NCBI GenBank assembly: GCA_040007635.1
Contig: JBDTUR010000003.1
Coordinates: 1 to 33,868, forward strand
Direction: 5' to 3'
Origin: Chloroflexota bacterium
GTDB taxonomy: Bacteria; Chloroflexota; Limnocylindria; Limnocylindrales; CSP1-4
DNA length: 33,868 nt
Shown: in pieces, positions 10,536-18,138 of the stretch
Layout: every line of letters begins with the position of its first letter
Numbering within the stretch: the first letter of the stretch is position 1
Program-made: the position numbers and the translations under genes
Notes under the pieces: model-generated
Told to the model about the DNA's origin: nothing
Databases searched by the model: none
The model's input: the letters and a program-made list of their open reading frames with translations, nothing else

Positions 10536-11377
10536 CGCGGCAGATACGGGTAGGGCTTCGAGCCAGGTCGATGGTTGTACAGCAGCCAGGCGACGCCGAT
10601 GACCACAATCGCGATGCCGATGATCTGCGCCGTGGGCAGGCCACCAACGGTCCAGTTCCAGCCGGCCCGGAAGAACTCGAGCAATCCGCGGACGGTGCCG
10701 TACCAGATGAGCCAGAACGCGGCCAGGTCACCCGGTCGCAGACGGGCCAGCAACCGGCTCGTGAGATACAGCGCTATCAGGCCGCCGATGATGTCGAGCG
10801 ACGACTCGTAGAAGAAGAGCGGGTGAAAGCCCTGCAAGGGCACGTCAGTGGGCAGCGAGCCGGGTGCGCAGGCGTACTCGGATACGCGGTGGGCGCAATC
10901 AATCGTTATCCCCCACGGCAGGTCGGTCGGAGGCCCGTAAAGCTCCTGATTGAAAAAGTTGCCCCAGCGCGCAATGCCCTGAGCGAAAAGGGTGCCCGGG
11001 ACGACGATATCGAGCGCCAGCCGAAACGGCAGATGCTGCCAGCGGATGTAGATGAGGATGCCCAGCATGGCTCCGGCCACACCGCCATATAAACCCAGTC
11101 CCGCGTAGGGCGGCAGGATTGCCTTGAGCGGATCCTGGCTGTAAAGGGGGCCCCACTGGTCGATCACGTGGTACAGGCGACCACCGATCAGCGCAAAGGC
11201 GGCGACGATCAGGAATGCGTTCCAGATGTGATTGGGCGACAAGCCACGCCGTTCCGCCTCGCGCTGCGCGAGGAGCAGCAGGACCGCCAGGCCGACTACG
11301 TAGGCGACGCCGTACCAGCCGATGAAGAAGCCCGGAATAACCTGCGATCCGGGAGTGATGTTGATCAGACCGAGCAT
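10412..11377 (-). CDS. lgt: Prolipoprotein diacylglyceryl transferase
   Basis: WYG, GGRLYHV, RWGNFFNQELYG, HPLFFYES and RGLLEFFR motifs; multiple TM helices. Confidence 0.93.
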   Translation of the reverse strand: MLGLINITPGSQVIPGFFIGWYGVAYVVGLAVLLLLAQREAERRGLSPNHIWNAFLIVAAFALIGGRLYHVIDQWGPLYSQDPLKAILPPYAGLGLYGGVAGAMLGILIYIRWQHLPFRLALDIVVPGTLFAQGIARWGNFFNQELYGPPTDLPWGITIDCAHRVSEYACAPGSLPTDVPLQGFHPLFFYESSLDIIGGLIALYLTSRLLARLRPGDLAAFWLIWYGTVRGLLEFFRAGWNWTVGGLPTAQIIGIAIVVIGVAWLLYNHRPGSKPYPYLPRYAAPPLLEPAPEPGFDADADTAADEDDGANAENTRSNPAS

Positions 11378-11383
11378 CCGCGC

Positions 11384-11397
11384 AGCATACCTATACT
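11384..11397. promoter_or_regulatory. Back-to-back leaderless-type -10 elements
   Basis: TATACT (+, 11392-11397) lies 7 nt before ATG 11405. TATGCT (-, 11389-11384) lies 6 nt before ATG 11377. No SD on either side. Confidence 0.65.
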
Positions 11398-11404
11398 CGG
11401 CTGA

Positions 11405-11653
11405 ATGACTGAGCAGTACATCGGCTGGGCCCTTGTCGTGGGCCTTGTGATCGGCGGCGCACTTGTCTGGTTCGCGGTGGGCCGGCTACCGCGCAGCGGC
11501 GAAGAGGTGCCGGACTCCGAACGCCATGCAGAGGCGGAATGGATCAGCGGTACCATCGACACGCGCGGCGGCATGGCGCCAACGGATCTGGTCGAGGAGA
11601 TCCTGGGCCTGCATGGCGACTACCTCGAACGCACGACCCGCGACAGCGACTAG
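11405..11653 (+). CDS. Small single-TM hypothetical protein
   Basis: 82-aa ORF with an N-terminal hydrophobic helix; fills the gap; -10 box directly upstream. Confidence 0.75.
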   Translation: MTEQYIGWALVVGLVIGGALVWFAVGRLPRSGEEVPDSERHAEAEWISGTIDTRGGMAPTDLVEEILGLHGDYLERTTRDSD

Positions 11654-11674
11654 CCGCGCGGTGACCGGCGTCCG

Positions 11675-12403
11675 CTAGAGCGGCGCGCTGACGGCAGCCG
11701 GCTGAGTGGGGCTGAGGGCAACGACCAGGACATCGCCCGGCTGCATCTCGATCCCCGCTTCCATCGCGCCGGCCCAAAACTGGACGCCGGGCGCCACGTA
11801 CATCGTCCCGATCCACGTTCGCTGCCCGGCCCGCTCGACATAGCAGTGATATCCGGCATTTGGGTTCAGGGTTGTCGCGAAAACGGCCAGACGATGGCTC
11901 GCCGCGGATAGGACGGCAACGCCGGCGCCGTTGCCGGCCGCGTCGCGCAGAACGACTTCCGCCGCGCCGGGTTCGCCGGCAAGCGTTGACATCATCGCCA
12001 CGGCGTCGGGCAGATGGTCCGCATCAGCGTCGGGGCGCGCGGCGCCGGCCCACCACGCACCGCCCACGGCGCCGATAACCGCCAGCGTGACCGCGGCCGC
12101 TGCGAGACGCCACCCCAGCGGACTGCGCCACCACGGCCGTCTGCCGGCGGGATCGGGCGCCAGCGTGCGTGCCGCGCCACTGCGACTCGCTGCCGCCATG
12201 AGCCGCGTCCGCACGTGGGGCGTTGGGCCACGCGCCAAATCAAGCTTCAGTGCGGCGCGCTGCGTCGCTTCGTCATACGCGGTGCATTCGGCGCACGCGG
12301 CGAGATGCGCCCGGGCCAGGCGGGCGGGGCCCTCCTGCGCGTCGCGCGCGCCGGGCGTAAAGAACGCCTCGTCGATCCACTCGCGAGTGGCTTCGTGATC
12401 CAT
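11675..12403 (-). CDS. Membrane-anchored anti-sigma factor with a zinc-binding HxxxCxxC motif
   Basis: HLAACAEC near the N-terminus, one central TM helix, extracytoplasmic C-domain. ATG 12403 overlaps the sigma stop (TGATG). Confidence 0.82.
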   Translation of the reverse strand: MDHEATREWIDEAFFTPGARDAQEGPARLARAHLAACAECTAYDEATQRAALKLDLARGPTPHVRTRLMAAASRSGAARTLAPDPAGRRPWWRSPLGWRLAAAAVTLAVIGAVGGAWWAGAARPDADADHLPDAVAMMSTLAGEPGAAEVVLRDAAGNGAGVAVLSAASHRLAVFATTLNPNAGYHCYVERAGQRTWIGTMYVAPGVQFWAGAMEAGIEMQPGDVLVVALSPTQPAAVSAPL

Positions 12404-13041
12404 CAGTTGATCCTGTGCTCGCCCAATGTCTCGCGCAACCGCGCGAGTGCCCGGCGGGTGCGAGTTTTGACCGTGCCCAGCGGCCACGATAGCCGCGCGG
12501 CAATCTCGGACTGGCTCAGCTGTTCGTAGTAGGCCAGCGTCAGGACCTGGCGCTCCTGGTCGGGAATGCCCGCCAGGGCCTGTTCGACTTCGCGGCGCAA
12601 CTCGGCGACATCAACCTCGCGCTCAGGATCGGGCGCGGCAGTTACGCCCGAAATTGGCGTTGCCGCAGCAAGGATTGCGTCGCGCGCATCGTCGGCCGCG
12701 GCCGCATCCGCGCCCAACGGGACAAGGCCACTCAGGGCAAGGGGCGCAGGCCTGCGAGCTGACGAGCGCAGTCGATCAATCGCGCGGTTGCGCGCGATGG
12801 TCGACAACCAGCCGATGACCGAGCCCTGCGCGGCATCGAAGGTCTCAGCCCGATTCCAGAGTGCCATGTACGTGTCCTGCAAGACTTCCTCCGCCAGTCC
12901 ACGGTCGCCCAGCCGAAGCAGTGCGGCCCGGAACAGGCTCTCGGCGTGGCGGTCGTACAACTCGCCCAACGCCGCCTCGTCGCCCTCAACCAGTCTGGCG
13001 ACAAGCTCCAGATCGGAGCGTCCGCTCATGGGTACGTCCAT
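12403..13041 (-). CDS. ECF sigma-70 factor (SigK-like)
   Basis: Region 2 ALGELYDRH, AEEVLQDTY, WLSTIARNRAIDRLR; region 4 SQSEIAARLSWPLGTVKTRTRRAL. Confidence 0.92.
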   Translation of the reverse strand: MDVPMSGRSDLELVARLVEGDEAALGELYDRHAESLFRAALLRLGDRGLAEEVLQDTYMALWNRAETFDAAQGSVIGWLSTIARNRAIDRLRSSARRPAPLALSGLVPLGADAAAADDARDAILAAATPISGVTAAPDPEREVDVAELRREVEQALAGIPDQERQVLTLAYYEQLSQSEIAARLSWPLGTVKTRTRRALARLRETLGEHRIN

Positions 13042-13060
13042 CAGTCGGCCACCGGTTTTG

Positions 13061-13381
13061 TCACCAGTCGGTCGCGCTGCGGTGCTGGGGCAGCGCTGCG
13101 AGCGTGCCCGCGGGAAGGTGCGCTTCGAGACACGTCACCCCAGTCGCGCCCACGGTCGCGGCGTGCATTGTGCCGGCGGGCAGGTCGAGTCGCTCCCCGA
13201 CTTCGAGCAGCACGTCCTGCGCCATGTCCACCAGGTGGAAGGTTATCGACCCGCCGGCAGCCACCAGCACCTTGTCGTAGCCGTGGCTGTGAGCGCCATA
13301 TTGGTCACCCGCGCCGTTGGCCCACGCCGATGCTTCAAGACCTCGATCGCGCAACCGGGCAATAAGCTCGGCGTGCGTCAC
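13061..13381 (-). CDS. Cupin domain protein
   Basis: YGAHSHGYDKVL and LPAGTMHAA metal-binding cupin motifs. GTG 13381 overlaps the upstream stop (GTGA). Confidence 0.82.
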   Translation of the reverse strand: MTHAELIARLRDRGLEASAWANGAGDQYGAHSHGYDKVLVAAGGSITFHLVDMAQDVLLEVGERLDLPAGTMHAATVGATGVTCLEAHLPAGTLAALPQHRSATDW

Positions 13382-14529
13382 GCCACGTTGGCGCCGATCA
13401 CGCTGCCCACACCGTACGTGACCGCGGCCGCGGCGGCGCCGATCAGCACCTGGCGGAGGCCGGAAAACAGCATGCTCTTGCCGGTGACGATGCTCACCGC
13501 GGCGCCCACGGCGAACAACGCCGCGAACGAGCCGCTCAGTGCCGCGACGAACGCGACGTCGCCGCGCGCCAGCAGGAACGGCACGAGCGGGATGACGGCG
13601 CCGATCGAGAAGGCGACGAACGAATAGATTGCTGCTCCCCACGAGGATCCCAGCTGGTCGGGATCCAGGCCCAGCTCCTCGCGCACCTTGGTGTCGAGCG
13701 CCTTCGCCGGATCTTCCATGAGTTGCGCGGCAATTCGCTTGGCGTCGGCGCTGGCGATGCCCTTGGCGCGGTATATCGCCACCAGCTCCTCCTGCTCGAC
13801 CTCGGGCATTACGCGCATTTCTTCGCGCTCGATGGCGATCTGGTTTTCGAACATCTCGCGCTGGCTCTGCATGCTGATGTACTCACCGGCGGCCATTGAA
13901 AAGGCGCCCGCCAGCAGACCGGCGACGCCGGCGAGCACGATGAAATGGTTATCCGATACGGCCCCGGCAACGCCCATCACCAGCGACAGGTTGCTGACCA
14001 AACCATCGTTGGCACCGAACACGGCCGCGCGCAACGTGCCGCTTCGCCCGCCGCGGTGAATGGCCTCTTCGGCGACTGCCTTGCGCGCACCGTTGTTGGT
14101 GGCGAGGCGCTTGGCGCCGGTGATCTGGTCCCACATCGCGGCGTGCTCGCGCTCGTCGGCCGCAATCGCTTCTGTCTCGGGCGTCATCTGGCTGGTGTAA
14201 GCCGCCTCCTCGTCGCCTTCGAGGCCACGCACGAGGTCGGCGACACGTTCGGCCCCCAAGATCCGCGCCAGGAGGATGACGAGGCGGACGCGCGGGCGCG
14301 GGCCGCCGACCGGCGGGACGGTGGCGCCGGCCTTTTCCAGCCGTGACGCCCATATTTCGGCGTGGCGGCGCTCGTTGGCAGCGATGCGCTGGAAGACGCT
14401 CGCGCGCTCGGGGTTTTTCTCGATCGCAGCGAGGCTGTCGTAAAGCGTGATCGCGTCGCGCTCGAGCTTGAGGTTGGCCAGGCTGCGCGCGCGCTCTTCG
14501 GCCGTCAGCGTGAGAGTGGGGGTGGGCAT
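13378..14529 (-). CDS. Ferritin/rubrerythrin-like N-domain fused to a VIT1/CCC1 iron/manganese transporter
   Basis: ExxH motifs (NERRHA, DEREHA); VIT1 motifs VFGANDGLVSN, AFSMAAGEYISMQSQRE, REELG, PLVPF. Confidence 0.9.
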   Translation of the reverse strand: MPTPTLTLTAEERARSLANLKLERDAITLYDSLAAIEKNPERASVFQRIAANERRHAEIWASRLEKAGATVPPVGGPRPRVRLVILLARILGAERVADLVRGLEGDEEAAYTSQMTPETEAIAADEREHAAMWDQITGAKRLATNNGARKAVAEEAIHRGGRSGTLRAAVFGANDGLVSNLSLVMGVAGAVSDNHFIVLAGVAGLLAGAFSMAAGEYISMQSQREMFENQIAIEREEMRVMPEVEQEELVAIYRAKGIASADAKRIAAQLMEDPAKALDTKVREELGLDPDQLGSSWGAAIYSFVAFSIGAVIPLVPFLLARGDVAFVAALSGSFAALFAVGAAVSIVTGKSMLFSGLRQVLIGAAAAAVTYGVGSVIGANVA

Positions 14530-14617
14530 CGCATGTTCAAGGTTAGCGACGCATCCTTCCCAGCGCCGCAGGGCCGATGGCTCGCGTGTGGCAGGCCGCA
14601 CGGCCTAATCTGTGACG

Positions 14618-15622
14618 GTGATTGGCAAGTCTCTACCGGCGCTGCATTACCTGTCCGCGGACGACGTACGTGCGGCCATGCCCACCCTGGAAGAGCGGCT
14701 TGCCCTGGCGCGGCGCACGCTGGTCGCGCTCGTTGCCGATGCCGAGCTGCCGCCCAAGCTGGGGGTTCACCCGCGCCAGCTCGCCGCGCACGTCGCGGCC
14801 ATGCCGGCACTGCTGCGCGGACCGGATGCAGCCGGGGCCGACGATCTGATGGGCGTCAAATGGGTGACCGCGTTCCCGGAGAACAGGGCGCGCGGCATTC
14901 CGGGCATTCACGCCACGGTGATCCTGAGCGACGCGACGACGGGCGTGCCACTGGCCGTCCTTGATGGCGCGCCCATCACCGCCGAGCGCACGGCCGCGGT
15001 GAGTGGCGTTGCCCTGCGCGAGTGGTGGCCGACCACGCCCGAGCCAGCGCGCGTAACGCTCGTTGGAGCCGGCGTCCAGGGGATGAGCCACGTGACTGTG
15101 TTGGCGCACGTCGGCCAGGGAAGCAGGCTGACGGTTGTCGATCGCCACCCAGAGCGCGCAGATGAGCTTGCCGCCCACGCCCGCACCACCGGCGGCTTCG
15201 CGCAGGTGAACGCGACGAGCGACGTCGAACCCGCAGTGGCTGCGGCTGACGTAGTGCTGACCATGGTGTCCTTTGGCGCACAACACCAGGGTGTCACCCC
15301 GGCATCCTTTGCCCGGGCACGCCTGATCGTGGCGGTCGACTACGACATGTGTGTGCCGGCCGCTGTCGTGGCGGGCGCCAGTCGCTTCTACGTTGACGAC
15401 ATAGGCCAATTCGAGGCGACACGGAGCGACACATCTTTCCGCGGCTATCCGCCGCCCGACGCCTCGCTCGGCCAGGCGCTGCTCGGCCGGGCGCCATCGC
15501 CGCGCAGTTCCGGGCCAGTCGTCGTCAACCACCTCGGGGTGGGCCTCGCGGACGTCGTCTTCGCCGATGCGATCGTGCACCGCGCTGAGCAGCTGGGCCT
15601 GGGCACGGAGCTGCCCCGATGA
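14618..15622 (+). CDS. Ornithine cyclodeaminase / mu-crystallin family imine reductase
   Basis: GVKWV..FPEN, ITAERTAAVS, Rossmann GAGVQG, GVGLAD. Start taken at GTG 14618, 6 nt after TAATCT (14606-14611); the ORF track starts at 14612. Confidence 0.85.
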   Translation: MIGKSLPALHYLSADDVRAAMPTLEERLALARRTLVALVADAELPPKLGVHPRQLAAHVAAMPALLRGPDAAGADDLMGVKWVTAFPENRARGIPGIHATVILSDATTGVPLAVLDGAPITAERTAAVSGVALREWWPTTPEPARVTLVGAGVQGMSHVTVLAHVGQGSRLTVVDRHPERADELAAHARTTGGFAQVNATSDVEPAVAAADVVLTMVSFGAQHQGVTPASFARARLIVAVDYDMCVPAAVVAGASRFYVDDIGQFEATRSDTSFRGYPPPDASLGQALLGRAPSPRSSGPVVVNHLGVGLADVVFADAIVHRAEQLGLGTELPR

Positions 15623-16440
15623 CGTTCAGACCACCCGAGGGGCCGCTGCCCGAAGTCTCGACGACGCGCGTCGCCGGCGGCTCATCGGCGCGCCTGGTGG
15701 CCGTCGCCGTAGCCGGCCTGCTGATCGCCGTGGCCGGCTTCACCGTGGTCAATCGGCCGCCCGCGCCCGCCGCACCCTCCCCGACCGCCCCGGCGGTCGC
15801 CGCTGTGCCGACGCCGGTGCCCACCCCGTCGCCGCCGCGCAACCAGCTCGAGGGCGACGACGGCATCCTGGGCTGGCCGGTCGTGGCGCAGCTCCGCGCA
15901 TACGGCCCCCCGGTGGGGTCGATCAACCAGCGCCCTGACTTTCGCTACACCGCCTTGATCCAGATCACGGGCGGCCTGATCCGCGCGGCAATGGCCCAGG
16001 AGGTGCCGGAGGACTACCGCTCAGAAGTGGTCATCGATACCGCCGACGTGGGCAACGTGCTGCCAATCGAAATCGGCCGCCAATGGACCGAAAGTGGGTT
16101 GCTCATCTACGAGTCGTTCGCGGCGTGGCAGATCAACCTGAAGCAACTGCTGAAATCGCGCGGTGGCCAGGTCGCTTTGCTGATCGAGCATGTGCCACCG
16201 GGCTTGACGCCTGGCCTGCCCGGCGCGCTGGCGAGCGGCTACACGTTCACCGTGATCGGCAGGAAGTCCGGCACCCGGCTGAATCTGTCGCTGGAGCTCG
16301 TGTGGCCGGCCAGCGCTCAATTGGCTGCTTACGGCGGGCCGAGAGGGCCCGGTCTTTTCAATCGCTGCCGTTGGGGTGACGGACCGCAGGGAGCGCCGCC
16401 GCGCAGCACGAGCGATGAGGCGGGCTGCCTGGGAGGCTGA
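15619..16440 (+). CDS. Hypothetical membrane-anchored protein with a Pro-rich linker
   Basis: ATGA overlap with the upstream stop; hydrophobic segment followed by PAPAAPSPTAP repeats. Confidence 0.7.
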   Translation: MTFRPPEGPLPEVSTTRVAGGSSARLVAVAVAGLLIAVAGFTVVNRPPAPAAPSPTAPAVAAVPTPVPTPSPPRNQLEGDDGILGWPVVAQLRAYGPPVGSINQRPDFRYTALIQITGGLIRAAMAQEVPEDYRSEVVIDTADVGNVLPIEIGRQWTESGLLIYESFAAWQINLKQLLKSRGGQVALLIEHVPPGLTPGLPGALASGYTFTVIGRKSGTRLNLSLELVWPASAQLAAYGGPRGPGLFNRCRWGDGPQGAPPRSTSDEAGCLGG

Positions 16441-16462
16441 CCGGGAGGTCCGGTAGGCAGCC
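16423..16462. terminator. GC-rich hairpin at a convergent gene junction
   Basis: ggctgcct (16423-16430) pairs with aggcagcc (16455-16462); inner accgg/ccggt stem; no U-tract. Confidence 0.45.
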
Positions 16463-16807
16463 TTATTCGTTGACGGGGATGGGTCCCTCGGGCAGCTCGA
16501 GCACGATCTCACCGTTCTCGACGAATGCCGGGTAAACCTGGAGCGGTAATTCGGCCGGCGGATCGAGCGCGTCGCCGCTGAAGAGGTCGAAGCGCGACAA
16601 ATGCAATGCGCAGGTCAGCGTGTCAGCGGTCAGGAAGCCCTTGTCCAACTCGAAATACTCGTGCGAGCACACGCCCTGCGTGGCACGGATCTCACCATGG
16701 AGGTTGACCAGCAGGATGTCTGTGCCGTCAACCTGGACCATGAGCATCGTCCCGGGGGCGAGGTCGTCGAGACGCGCGACCGGGACGCGCCGCACGGCGG
16801 GGATCAC
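16463..16807 (-). CDS. Rieske-type [2Fe-2S] ferredoxin (suf-associated)
   Basis: CSH...CALHLSRFDL Rieske ligands; GTG 16807 overlaps the sufD stop. Confidence 0.9.
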   Translation of the reverse strand: MIPAVRRVPVARLDDLAPGTMLMVQVDGTDILLVNLHGEIRATQGVCSHEYFELDKGFLTADTLTCALHLSRFDLFSGDALDPPAELPLQVYPAFVENGEIVLELPEGPIPVNE

Positions 16808-18135
16808 GCCGCTTCCTGGGCCTCTGCGGAAGGCCACTTCGCGTCGAGCAACCGACGCAGGCGCTCCTGCGCAGGCCCGAGGGGGATGCGCGCGACGACC
16901 GGCTCGAGGAAGCCCAGCACGATGAACTTGCGCGCAACCTCGCGCGGGATGCCGCGGCTCATGAGATAGAAGATCTCGTTCTCGTCGATCGGCCCGACGG
17001 AGCTCGAGTGGCTCGCCCGGCGCACGTCGGGCTGGTCGATTTCGAGGCTGGGAATTGTCACGCTGCGCGCTGCCTTGGCCAGCAGCATGGCGAACTCGCC
17101 CAGGAACGAGTCGGTGCCCTTGGCGCTCTTCTCGATCGTGATCATGCCTTTGAAGTAGCCGCGCGCCCGGTCGAGGAAGACACCCTTGCTGAGCAGATCG
17201 CCCGTCGTGTCCTCGCCCAGGTGGCGCGTATAGCTGGTCAGGTCGAACAACTGCCGACCATCACCAAAACCGATTTCGACCTGGCTCACCCCAGCGCCCC
17301 GACCAACCAAGCGGTTGTCGATGCGGCTCTTGTGCAGCTCAGCCCCCACGCTCGCGAGCGCCCACTTGAGCTGCGCGTCACGCTCCAGGGTCGCGTGGCG
17401 GTTCACGAGCGCGAGGGTGCTGGGCCCGAAGTCCTGCTGCCCGGCGAAGCTCAGATGCGCGCCTGCCGCGAGACGAACCTCCGTCGTACCCCACCACAGG
17501 CTCTGTTTCTCCGCGGCCGTCGGATGCGCTTCGCTCGCGACCTGCTCCTCGAGCACGCTCGCTTGGGCGTTCTCCCCCATCGAGATAACGCTGCGCGAGA
17601 TCAGGCCGCGGCCCGGCTCGCCCATGCTCCAGCGCATGACGATGGGCTGCTCCAAAACGACGTTGCGCGGCACATGGACGAACAAGCCCAGCGCCGCGTG
17701 GGCGCGCGCGAACTGGGCGAGCTTGTCGTTATCAGGGAGGGTCGTGCCGCCATCAATGGCGTCGCGCAGCAACTGTGGCTGGTCGCGCAACACGTTAGCG
17801 AAGGTGTCGATGACGACCCCGCCATTACGCGCCGCGTCGGACAGTCCGCGCGCGACGACGCGATCCTCGGCAACTTCGATGAGCGCGGCCGCGCCCTCAG
17901 GGACGACGGTGCTTACCTCGGGGGCAGCGCCGGTCTGCTGGTACGGCGCGATATCGGCCCATTTGGCCGCGCGCAGGTCGACGTAGAGCGTGAAGAGCTG
18001 GTTGACCTCCAACGGGAGGTCGGAATAGGCCGCCAGGGCGGTGAGTCGGTCGTCCCGGAGCCAGTCCGGCTCGTCCTGGGCGAGGGCGCGAACGATCTCT
18101 TCGCCCGCGAAAGGCAGTTTGAATGCGCCGGCCAT
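16804..18135 (-). CDS. sufD: Fe-S cluster assembly protein SufD
   Basis: SufBD beta-helix; PSLEI, ASHSSSVG, FYLMSRGI, IVLGFL; directly downstream of sufB. Confidence 0.9.
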   Translation of the reverse strand: MAGAFKLPFAGEEIVRALAQDEPDWLRDDRLTALAAYSDLPLEVNQLFTLYVDLRAAKWADIAPYQQTGAAPEVSTVVPEGAAALIEVAEDRVVARGLSDAARNGGVVIDTFANVLRDQPQLLRDAIDGGTTLPDNDKLAQFARAHAALGLFVHVPRNVVLEQPIVMRWSMGEPGRGLISRSVISMGENAQASVLEEQVASEAHPTAAEKQSLWWGTTEVRLAAGAHLSFAGQQDFGPSTLALVNRHATLERDAQLKWALASVGAELHKSRIDNRLVGRGAGVSQVEIGFGDGRQLFDLTSYTRHLGEDTTGDLLSKGVFLDRARGYFKGMITIEKSAKGTDSFLGEFAMLLAKAARSVTIPSLEIDQPDVRRASHSSSVGPIDENEIFYLMSRGIPREVARKFIVLGFLEPVVARIPLGPAQERLRRLLDAKWPSAEAQEAA

Positions 18136-18138
18136 TCG

